A DNA stretch of 24,000 nucleotides, taken from positions 50,830-74,829 of the forward strand of contig JAEOTC010000086.1 of assembly GCA_016840035.1 (NCBI GenBank). The letters are read 5' to 3'. Position numbers and translations under genes: made by a program. The notes under the pieces were generated by a model that saw only the letters and a program-made list of their open reading frames with translations, was not told the origin of the DNA and ran no database searches. This DNA is from Candidatus Hodarchaeota archaeon. Its GTDB lineage: Archaea > Asgardarchaeota > Heimdallarchaeia > Hodarchaeales > Hodarchaeaceae. This document shows positions 1 to 7,104 of this stretch, in pieces. Position 1 is the stretch's first letter. Each line of letters starts with the position of its first letter.

Positions 1-163
1 ATTCTTTCAGAGAAAATTGTGTCATTTCTTGTTCCCTCAAATGACCTGCTGGTTTTAATGATAACGTCAGGTAAGTTTTATCTTTGATTGATTATTTAAA
101 TCTGTAGGAGGAACTCACATTATCGAGCTTCGATGTTAACAGTGAAGGAGTTGCACATTATTA

Positions 164-580
164 CTACGAGTTCCATAGATTTTGCAGATCTGGAATTAAT
201 GTTGCCGTAAGTATTGTAATTACTCCTTGAATTAAGATCGCCGTAATTAATGCAAATAATATGCTTAGTAATGTACCTAACAAATAATATTCAGCAAAAT
301 GACGTTCTTTCAGCTGTTCAAATCGTGCCATCGACTTAGCAACGAATACAAACGATATTGTACCAAATTCTCCCATTAATGCTAGAGTCAGTATTATTGC
401 CCGTTCTACCTGTCCAATTTTTTTTCCCGCGCCTAAAAGACCCATTGATTTCTTTGTTGAATCTGGATCTTTATAGGGAGATAGGAATCGACCCACGAAC
501 CATGCCCCTACGAATATTGCCCATAAATATGCGAACAGATATAGAAACACAAGTATTAGAAATAAATCTAGCTGAAACAC
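164..580 (-). CDS. small integral membrane protein (about 3 TM helices), downstream partner of the SatD-like gene; possibly DUF3307-type
   Basis: 138-aa ORF with hydrophobic segments LFLILVFLYLFAYLWAIFVGAWFV, AIILTLALMGEFGTISFVFV and YYLLGTLLSILFALITAILIQGVITIL. It starts 17 nt after the stop of 598..1230 on the same strand. The family name comes from my memory of SatD/DUF3307 pairing and is not verified. Confidence 0.6.
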   Translation of the reverse strand: MFQLDLFLILVFLYLFAYLWAIFVGAWFVGRFLSPYKDPDSTKKSMGLLGAGKKIGQVERAIILTLALMGEFGTISFVFVAKSMARFEQLKERHFAEYYLLGTLLSILFALITAILIQGVITILTATLIPDLQNLWNS

Positions 581-597
581 TTAGTATCCTCCTAGGT

Positions 598-1230
598 TTA
601 ACATACTGGAAAAGTTAAATTATTTAATGTTTCGATAGCAATTCTGATTTCCTCCCAATGAGCGCTTTTAAGAATATTTGAAACAGCCTGTTTAGTAATG
701 TTGTTACTATTTTTCGTTTTAATCCTTTTTCCAATCTTCTCATATGTCAATCCTTGTCTTCGGTAGTGAATCACTTCTTTTTGTCTATCTGTCCATGGTT
801 CCTTCAAGATATTCAATAAAGTAAGTAAAGAATTTGTCAATTGATCGAATGATTTATTCTTTGATTGTATCCAGACCGATCGTTGGTTCTTATGTGCAAT
901 CTCTAGCGCTCCTCTTGATCGATAAAACGCCGGCCCATCCATTTCCATGGAATTTTTCGATATGGTAGTGCTTATTGTTCCTATCCCTATTCCACAACGG
1001 AAATTAAAGGGTAATTCTTCTTCTAATCTCTCAAAAATCGAATAAAAATTCTTTAACTCTTTTAAAACTCCTTGAAATGAATCTCCCCAGACAATAACGA
1101 AGGGAGAAATAATTCTTTCCGAGTAATCAAGGTTTATTTGATTAATTACAGATTTTAATGTTTCCTGTACCTCTAATCTATTGGTGATTTCTCTTGAATG
1201 TACAATATCACAAGTTAAAACAACGTACAT
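598..1230 (-). CDS. SatD-like protein: N-terminal nucleotidyl-cyclase/GGDEF-like palm domain plus C-terminal LuxR/sigma-70-region-4-type HTH
   Basis: 210 aa. Cyclase-like landmarks occur in order: VVLTCDIVHS (Asp8), VWGDSFQGV (Asp50), FRCGIGIGT, GPAFYRSRGALE. The C-terminal HTH reads WTDRQKEVIHYRRQGLTYEKIG...ITKQAVSNILKSA. A Shine-Dalgarno GAGGTGA (plus-strand tcacctc, 1241..1247) lies about 10 nt upstream of the ATG. Confidence 0.6.
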   Translation of the reverse strand: MYVVLTCDIVHSREITNRLEVQETLKSVINQINLDYSERIISPFVIVWGDSFQGVLKELKNFYSIFERLEEELPFNFRCGIGIGTISTTISKNSMEMDGPAFYRSRGALEIAHKNQRSVWIQSKNKSFDQLTNSLLTLLNILKEPWTDRQKEVIHYRRQGLTYEKIGKRIKTKNSNNITKQAVSNILKSAHWEEIRIAIETLNNLTFPVC

Positions 1231-1304
1231 CTGTTTGGATTCACCTCTTTTACTGCATTTTGTTTTGGTTGTTTTCCTCTAACAATTGCATCAATCTTTT
1301 TTCA

Positions 1305-1384
1305 ATTGACTTCTTAGTTGTCAACTTAAAAAGCTTGTTATTTCAAAAGTCAATAAAATATAGTTGACGGACATAAAGTCAATA
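1305..1384 (-). promoter_or_regulatory. array of TTGAC/GTCAA-core repeats (candidate operator/promoter region) upstream of the SatD-like operon
   Basis: ATTGACTT occurs three times: plus strand at 1305..1312, and minus strand inside AAAGTCAATA at 1346..1355 and 1375..1384. There is also AGTTGAC at 1362..1368 and the palindrome AGTTGtCAACT at 1316..1326. GTCAA-N10-TTGAC and TTGAC-N9-GTCAA inverted pairs span 1349..1382. Confidence 0.35.
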
Positions 1385-1388
1385 TGAT

Positions 1389-2471
1389 TCACCTGGCACT
1401 CAGGGAGGAATTGCAAACTTCACAGACGGCCTCACTTCCCTCGATAATTTGATTCGTATTATTACAGTGATGACAGTACACAAATACCTTTTTTTCAGCA
1501 AAAAAACCAAAAGTACCTTTACCAGCTAATATAGTTTTATCTGCTTGTTCTTTCATCTTTTTGAACAAAGGATTAGATAAATCCTCTAGACTAGAGATGA
1601 CACTTTGTCGATCAGTATGTTGTTTTCTGGTAGTTTCTTTTTCTTGAAGATATGCTTCACGTTCAGCAGGCGACATATTTTCAAGCAGTTGTAGTTCTTT
1701 CAATCGAAGAGTATATTTGTTTCGTTGATCTAATGACATAGAATTGAGTATTTGCGGAGAAAAAGATGTTAGTTCATCTAAACTCGATTCTGCGAAATTA
1801 ATATGCGAGATATTCGTTGAAGATGTGGGATTGTGTGTAGAAACACTTATTGCACCAGGAGGAGGTGGAGGAGGTGGATTACTTGTTATAGAATTTGAGT
1901 GAGATGAAGCTGGGGGTTTTACATCATTGAGTTGAGCAAGATTCGTAGAGATACTATCTCGGACTGAATCACTTATATTTTCAATTACTGTCGATAGGTA
2001 GTCTTTCGAGGATAGTTCTTGTTGTTTATTTTCGAGAGACTTCATCTGTGTCTCTAATTCCCCAAGACGGGTTATCAATTCAACTAATTGTTTGTCGGTC
2101 TTAGATTCTTTTAACTCCTTCTCAACAAATTTTAGCTCTTTCTGGTTGTGACAAATATAACAGACATCGTTTATTAATTCATCATTTAAGGTTCTTCGAC
2201 CACAATTTTGACAAATAGTAAATATTCTTCCAAGTTCAGAAAGCGCGATTTGAATTCTTTTCTCGTTTGAACTCAATTTTAACTTGTTAGAATTAGGGCC
2301 ACGAGAAATTTTGGGTTTATGAACAAAAATCGAATCCTTAGGGTTCCAATCTTTGGCATTAATCGATCCCAATTGCTGAAGAGCTTTCTCAATGTTATAA
2401 AAGGGCTTCTTCCTGATATGTGATGAAGAGTTAGGATCAAAAGAAGAAGATAATCTTAATTGTTTTGTCAT
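1389..2471 (-). CDS. hypothetical protein: two CxxC...CxxC zinc ribbons, central coiled coil, Pro7 tract, WH2/thymosin-like motif
   Basis: 360-aa ORF with an ATG start. Zinc ribbons: CQNC-x13-CYIC (aa 87-107) and CHHC-x13-CEVC (aa 333-353). A heptad-like segment QLVELITRLGELETQMKSLENKQQEL is present. P199-P205 is encoded at 1857..1877. The motif ISSLEDLSNPLFKKM lies at aa 292-306. Confidence 0.7.
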   Translation of the reverse strand: MTKQLRLSSSFDPNSSSHIRKKPFYNIEKALQQLGSINAKDWNPKDSIFVHKPKISRGPNSNKLKLSSNEKRIQIALSELGRIFTICQNCGRRTLNDELINDVCYICHNQKELKFVEKELKESKTDKQLVELITRLGELETQMKSLENKQQELSSKDYLSTVIENISDSVRDSISTNLAQLNDVKPPASSHSNSITSNPPPPPPPGAISVSTHNPTSSTNISHINFAESSLDELTSFSPQILNSMSLDQRNKYTLRLKELQLLENMSPAEREAYLQEKETTRKQHTDRQSVISSLEDLSNPLFKKMKEQADKTILAGKGTFGFFAEKKVFVYCHHCNNTNQIIEGSEAVCEVCNSSLSAR

Positions 2472-2487
2472 AATGGGATTCCATACC

Positions 2488-3102
2488 TTAATCTAGAGAA
2501 CTCGCCTGTTCAAGAAACAACTGAGCAACGGCCCGTGTATCTGGATTTATATCCGATTGACTCTCATTAATAACGACTAGTGCAATTCTAGCTAAAAAAT
2601 CGAAGTTTGGATCAAGAATTTGCTGTAATCCAGTTTTCAGAAACTGTGCAGAGGAAATTTCACGCTCTTCGGCGATTTTTGTGATTCGAATTAATTCTGA
2701 TTTGATTACATCTGCTACTTGAGGGTCAATTCCTTCTGAAAAATCTTGTGTCTTTGAACGAGTGTGGTTAATAGAAACCGTATCTTCTGTTATAAAAGGC
2801 CGAACCACATCCAGAGTATCATAAATTAAAATTGCTCGTTGGTCGATAATATACTGCTCATAGAACGATGCCCAATATGCTCTTTCTGGGAGTCCGATAA
2901 ATCTTTGCCGTTGTCCTTTTGGTTTCGAAATATTGACAACTGCAATTGCTTTTTTTTCCACTAGTCGTGTGACTGAACCGTCAATTTTTCCCCTACTCCA
3001 ATTTAAGCGCTCAACCAAATCGTTTATCGTGACTGGCCGTTCGAATTTTGAGAGTTTATGAATCAATTCTTGGTCAGTTTCATCAGCATTGCCTCGTGGC
3101 AC
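2488..3102 (-). CDS. winged-helix DNA-binding protein (MarR/TrmB-like N-terminus), putative transcriptional regulator
   Basis: 204 aa. The N-terminal segment ELIHKLSKFERPVTINDLVERLNWSRGKIDGSVTRLVEKKAIAVV has the wHTH pattern. GTG start preceded by GGGGTGA (SD) about 8 nt upstream. Only 16 nt separate it from the downstream 1389..2471 gene. Confidence 0.6.
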   Translation of the reverse strand: MPRGNADETDQELIHKLSKFERPVTINDLVERLNWSRGKIDGSVTRLVEKKAIAVVNISKPKGQRQRFIGLPERAYWASFYEQYIIDQRAILIYDTLDVVRPFITEDTVSINHTRSKTQDFSEGIDPQVADVIKSELIRITKIAEEREISSAQFLKTGLQQILDPNFDFLARIALVVINESQSDINPDTRAVAQLFLEQASSLD

Positions 3103-3609
3103 TGTGTTAATTCACCCCATTATATTAGGTTGGCTTAAATTAAGTTTACTTTAGGATCAACTGTATTTCTTAACAGGATACTACTCAGACATGACTATTT
3201 TTTCATATTTTTAGGACCCTAATTTTCTACATGTGTTCTTTATGATATCATTTAGAATTGATATCTACATGACTATATAACTTTATTTCTAGATTGAGGA
3301 TTTAAGTCGGATAATTTTGTTAAAATATTGATATTATGCACGTCTATATAGGCACTGAAAGACGATGAAATGAATCTTTTCTAATTTATTTCGTTAACAA
3401 TAAATAAAACTTGTGATAGCCGTGTCTATGACGTTTTAAAGACTATTGTCCTTAATTTCTATGGTGAACAGATTCAGAAGGGTCAAAGATTATTTTAGGC
3501 CTGATTATGAAGGATATTGTTTAAGAAGAGAAATCTTTAGAATACTCAAAGCTTTTGTTGATGTAAAATATTAAGATCTTTGAGAATTCATAATGTACTG
3601 GACTGATTA

Positions 3610-5469
3610 ATGATGGAAATGGATATAAATGACTGTAAGATTGTACTTTTCGATTTTTTTCAGAAAAAAAAGGCTATTCTTCTTGAAGCTCTCAAATCTG
3701 ATGAAGTACAAACATTTCTTGAACCCTTAAGCGACATGACAATAATTTTTTCTGATATAAACAATATTGACGAGCTTAAGAGTTATCTCAAAACCTTACA
3801 GATTCCAAAGGAAAATTTAAAAGATATTTTGATAGTCTTTGATCGTCCATTTCAATCTTCGTTTTCGTGGGGTTTCCAGGATAAAGAATTTGTTTTCATT
3901 CGTCTGGAGAAAGGGACAAAATTATTTCAGAAAAAGAACAGGAAAGGATTGATTGGATTAGTCATCCATGAAGTTTTACATGGTGTACAGCGTCAAAGAG
4001 GATTAGAGATCCGTTTACGAGACTCATTAGATTTTAGCTTAGATTTTTTTACTCAATTAGCAGAGGTCATTCCTCCTGAGAAATATAAACGTGAAGAAAT
4101 AATATCATTTCTGAAACAAATATCTCAAGTCGCCTTGTTTGCATTGAAAGATATATTTGTTAATGTAGAAATGATAAAAAGAGGTCTTGCTGAATGGTTG
4201 GTTATTTTCTACCAGGATGAAGTAGGATTTGGGGAAGAGATTAATATTTCTCCTCCTCAATATGAAACGGAGTTTGAAAAAGGAATCATTAAAGTAATGG
4301 ATCTGAATGCATTTGCTAATGCATTCACCTATACTCTTTCATTAATCCCTATTTGGTTGCCATTCATGGTTCTGGAAACTGACTCCAAAGATTATGAATC
4401 TTCACGGAAATTAAAACACTTTATCTTTGAAGAATACTACATTAATCCTTCCTTCATAACTCGAGAAATGTGGCATATTGAAAATATCTTTCTCGCCAGC
4501 TTCTCCTTTTCTAAAAGCTTTCATCGAAAATGGTACGGTGCCATCTTCAACCTTGCACTAGAGTATTTACTTGGAGAAGATTTTCTATTCTATCATTTAT
4601 TTAAGGCCACTGAACTTCTAGAAGAACTTTACATTACCGAAGAATCGGAAGAAAGAAAATCAATGGCCATGATCCCAATTTTAAAAGCTACTTACATTTA
4701 TAGACGGGAACACCTAGTTGGAATTCAAAAAAGAAATATCGAAGAATTAAATTCGAAATTGGAGCAATATTCGATCAGTAAAGACGAACTTTTAGAATTA
4801 GAGGAAGCTATTGACAGTTCAGCAGAACATTCTACCTCTCCAGCTCATATGTTTGAAAATCTTATGAAGTTATCAATCATGATCATTTCTCGAGATCTGC
4901 GTGAAAATGTTTTTTCTGGAGAGAATTTGAAGTTCAAAGTATTCAGTCGAACGATCCTTTCTCTCTTACAGGCAATTAACTATCTGGGAGACGAATGCGA
5001 TGATCAATATTACCATACCGTCCGTCTAGGGGTAAAAAGACTTTTACGATCCGATGATTTGTTTAAACGGAAAAGATGGGTTCTGTTACTAGAGAATTTC
5101 GCACAAAATACGATTTTCCAGGGAGAGACCGAACCTACTCAGAATGAAATTGAAGAGTTGATGTACAATTTTGATTTCTTTGAGATTCCTTTGACTAATT
5201 TCTTCATTGATCTTGGAATATCCTTCATTCAGAATATAAAGACCGTAATGAAAACTGTACCTGTCGATGATGAGGAATTTCCATTTTTAACCGCCCAACT
5301 TATCAATATTCAACTTGGTGGACTCCAGCTTCCAATAGAAGATGATGAACATCTAAACTTGTTGTATGTTAGTAGTTTAATTGCGACTCGAGGAATTCCT
5401 TATCTCCTGATTCAAGTAATGCTTACAGCTTTTCTTCAAGCAAGAGTCCCCCCAGAGGAAGCAGAATGA
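3610..5469 (+). CDS. large hypothetical protein with a zincin-like HExxH motif
   Basis: 619-aa uninterrupted ORF. GLVIHEVLHGVQ places H120-E121-x-x-H124 at nt 3967..3981. The rest is predicted helical and I recognise no other family motif. Confidence 0.65.
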   Translation: MMEMDINDCKIVLFDFFQKKKAILLEALKSDEVQTFLEPLSDMTIIFSDINNIDELKSYLKTLQIPKENLKDILIVFDRPFQSSFSWGFQDKEFVFIRLEKGTKLFQKKNRKGLIGLVIHEVLHGVQRQRGLEIRLRDSLDFSLDFFTQLAEVIPPEKYKREEIISFLKQISQVALFALKDIFVNVEMIKRGLAEWLVIFYQDEVGFGEEINISPPQYETEFEKGIIKVMDLNAFANAFTYTLSLIPIWLPFMVLETDSKDYESSRKLKHFIFEEYYINPSFITREMWHIENIFLASFSFSKSFHRKWYGAIFNLALEYLLGEDFLFYHLFKATELLEELYITEESEERKSMAMIPILKATYIYRREHLVGIQKRNIEELNSKLEQYSISKDELLELEEAIDSSAEHSTSPAHMFENLMKLSIMIISRDLRENVFSGENLKFKVFSRTILSLLQAINYLGDECDDQYYHTVRLGVKRLLRSDDLFKRKRWVLLLENFAQNTIFQGETEPTQNEIEELMYNFDFFEIPLTNFFIDLGISFIQNIKTVMKTVPVDDEEFPFLTAQLINIQLGGLQLPIEDDEHLNLLYVSSLIATRGIPYLLIQVMLTAFLQARVPPEEAE

Positions 5470-5581
5470 TCCAAAACTCATATTAAAAGGAAATTCTCCC
5501 CCTCCTCACAATTAAGGAGGAGATCTCAGAGTATTTGCGCGTAAACGGTCAAGTAACTCTTAACAAAAGAAAAGGAGGAAG

Positions 5582-5748
5582 CGGCACCAGCAGGAATTTC
5601 AGTTAAAAACTGAGTGTTTTTAATTTTTGAACCTGCGACCACTCGGTGTCTGTGTTTCTTTCTTACCGAAAGATGCCAATTAACAGCCGAACGCTCTACC
5701 TCTTCAGAGATAAAGAATAATTCCTTATCCTAACTGAGCTATGATGCC
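5582..5748 (-). tRNA. tRNA-Asn (anticodon GUU) with three introns (D-loop, canonical 37/38, T-loop)
   Basis: The reverse complement folds as GGCATCA/TGGTGCC acceptor (one G-U), GCTC/GAGC D-stem, TTCGG/CCGAG anticodon stem, loop CTGTTA..A, GCAGG/CCTGC T-stem and discriminator G. The loops carry 39 nt (plus 5697..5735), 40 nt (intron about 5648..5680) and 37 nt (5595..5631) where 8-11, 7 and 7 are expected. Confidence 0.8.
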
Positions 5749-5764
5749 TTTTCTACCAAGAATT

Positions 5765-5870
5765 TGGGCCTGGGGGGATTTGAACCCACGAACCATCCGG
5801 TTATGAGCCGGACGCTCTAACCATTTCAGAGGGGGATATCGTTAAACTCCCTAGACTGAGCTACAGGCCC
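5765..5870 (-). tRNA. tRNA with CAU anticodon (elongator Met or Ile2) with a D-loop intron
   Basis: The reverse complement gives GGGCCTG/CAGGCCC acceptor, GCTC/GAGC D-stem enclosing 40 nt (plus 5818..5857), TCCGG-CTCATAA-CCGGA anticodon arm, GTGGG-TTCAAAT-CCCCC T-arm and discriminator A. It lies 16 nt upstream of tRNA-Asn, so the two are probably co-transcribed. Confidence 0.8.
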
Positions 5871-5899
5871 AATAGATGTTATTTTGTGGTGTTACCACA

Positions 5900-5907
5900 T
5901 TATTTAA
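5900..5907 (-). promoter_or_regulatory. candidate archaeal TATA box (TTAAATAA) for the tRNA-CAU/tRNA-Asn pair
   Basis: The minus strand reads TTAAATAA at 30-37 nt upstream of the mature tRNA 5' end at 5870. That fits a TATA box about 26 nt before a start site with a short leader. Confidence 0.35.
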
Positions 5908-5928
5908 GTGATTTCAGCTATTTGATAT

Positions 5929-6480
5929 TTATGTGTTTACCACATAAAGTCCATCTTGAAAGACTGTTGGATCTTTGCTTCGTCGTCCTCGCAGTCTTGA
6001 GGATTCAGCTAAACGTGCTGCAACTTGGGAAACTATTTCCTTGTCAATACCAGTTAGAGTAACCATTTCCCCCTTAACTTTGATATTAACCGAGGGATCG
6101 TAAGGAACTTTAATGGGATCCCTTCTTCCGTATAGATTCTTAATAAGAATTGTAGACTTTTGGACTTCTACCGTGGCGGGAAAGTGAGAAGTTATAATTT
6201 GAACCTGATAAGTGTATAATTCTTGAACTCCCTTGATCATGTTGTTTAAATGACCTCTGATTGTCCCTACCATTGCAGCATCGGTTTTTTTACCAAAGTG
6301 ACTAGCAATTGTAAATTTATTATCATCAAGAGTGATTTGAACATTTAAGCGAGTGAAGGATTTTACAATTTTTCCTTTAGGACCTTCTATTTCGACTGTA
6401 TAACCCCCACGGATCTGTTTCATGTTAACTTTTATATCCTTAGGGATTTCAACTGTTTTTTCTACAATAAAATGAGTCAT
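5929..6480 (-). CDS. rpl6: 50S ribosomal protein uL6
   Basis: Strong resemblance to archaeal L6: EIPKDIKV, EGPKGK, AMVGTIRGHLNNMIKGV, HFPATVEV, VFQDGLYV. The ORF extends to 6510, but MTHFIVEK at 6480 matches the usual N-terminus and has GGAG about 12 nt upstream. Confidence 0.93.
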   Translation of the reverse strand: MTHFIVEKTVEIPKDIKVNMKQIRGGYTVEIEGPKGKIVKSFTRLNVQITLDDNKFTIASHFGKKTDAAMVGTIRGHLNNMIKGVQELYTYQVQIITSHFPATVEVQKSTILIKNLYGRRDPIKVPYDPSVNIKVKGEMVTLTGIDKEIVSQVAARLAESSRLRGRRSKDPTVFQDGLYVVNT

Positions 6481-6499
6481 TGGTTTTTCCACTCCATTT

Positions 6500-6886
6500 T
6501 TAATATACATAAGCTAATAAACGTCCGCCGAGATTTTTATCTGCAGCTTCGTGATGAGACATGACACCTTCTGAAGTTGAAACAACAAGTATTCCCATAT
6601 CTCTAGCTGGAAGGAATCTTTTTTCCCATTCAACATAATCTATAACTTTAACTGGATATCTCGGTTTGATAACTCCAATTTTTGTGATTCGGCCTAAAAG
6701 CTGTACAGAGATTATCCAAAGATCTTCCATAACTTCAAATTCGCCAATGGTTCCATATTTTTGGATCACACGCAAAACATTTGCAATAATTCTACTCGCT
6801 GGTCTAATCGTAACTTCTTTACGACCAAGAATTTCCGCATTTGCTATTGTGGACATCGCATTAGCTAGGGGGTCATGCATAACCAT
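6500..6886 (-). CDS. rps8: 30S ribosomal protein uS8
   Basis: 128 aa. [33 protein letters not shown] and a C-terminal GGRLLAYVY are typical of archaeal S8. It sits immediately upstream of uL6 on the same strand. Confidence 0.93.
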   Translation of the reverse strand: MVMHDPLANAMSTIANAEILGRKEVTIRPASRIIANVLRVIQKYGTIGEFEVMEDLWIISVQLLGRITKIGVIKPRYPVKVIDYVEWEKRFLPARDMGILVVSTSEGVMSHHEAADKNLGGRLLAYVY

Positions 6887-7104
6887 ATTTTTCTTCTCTT
6901 TTTGGTTTGTTTCATATGAAAATGGCTAGTTAAGCCGAATGATTGGGGTAGAAAGACCTACTTTGCCTTACCATCCATCTATACCGTCCATGAACGCACT
7001 AGTTAAAGGTTATCGTGAAGGGAGGAGGAGATTTTTTGATCTTTAGAAAAATCTGAGGTTTGCTGCCTCCAATAGGGAAGAATTTACTGTTCTAAGAATA
7101 ACCC

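Noticed and set aside
1-87. Possible 3' end of a plus-strand gene entering the window (28 codons, ...SGKFYL, stop ending at 87)
   Set aside because: It is too short to evaluate, with no motif and no way to confirm the frame from this window.
358-618. ORF 358..618(+), opposite the small membrane-protein gene
   Set aside because: The minus-strand frame gives clean TM helices and is tightly spaced with the upstream gene. The plus-strand frame has no support.
5502-5522. CTCCTC/GAGGAG hairpin after the 619-aa gene as a terminator
   Set aside because: It has only a 6-bp stem with a 9-nt loop and no adjacent T-run, which is not distinctive enough to call.
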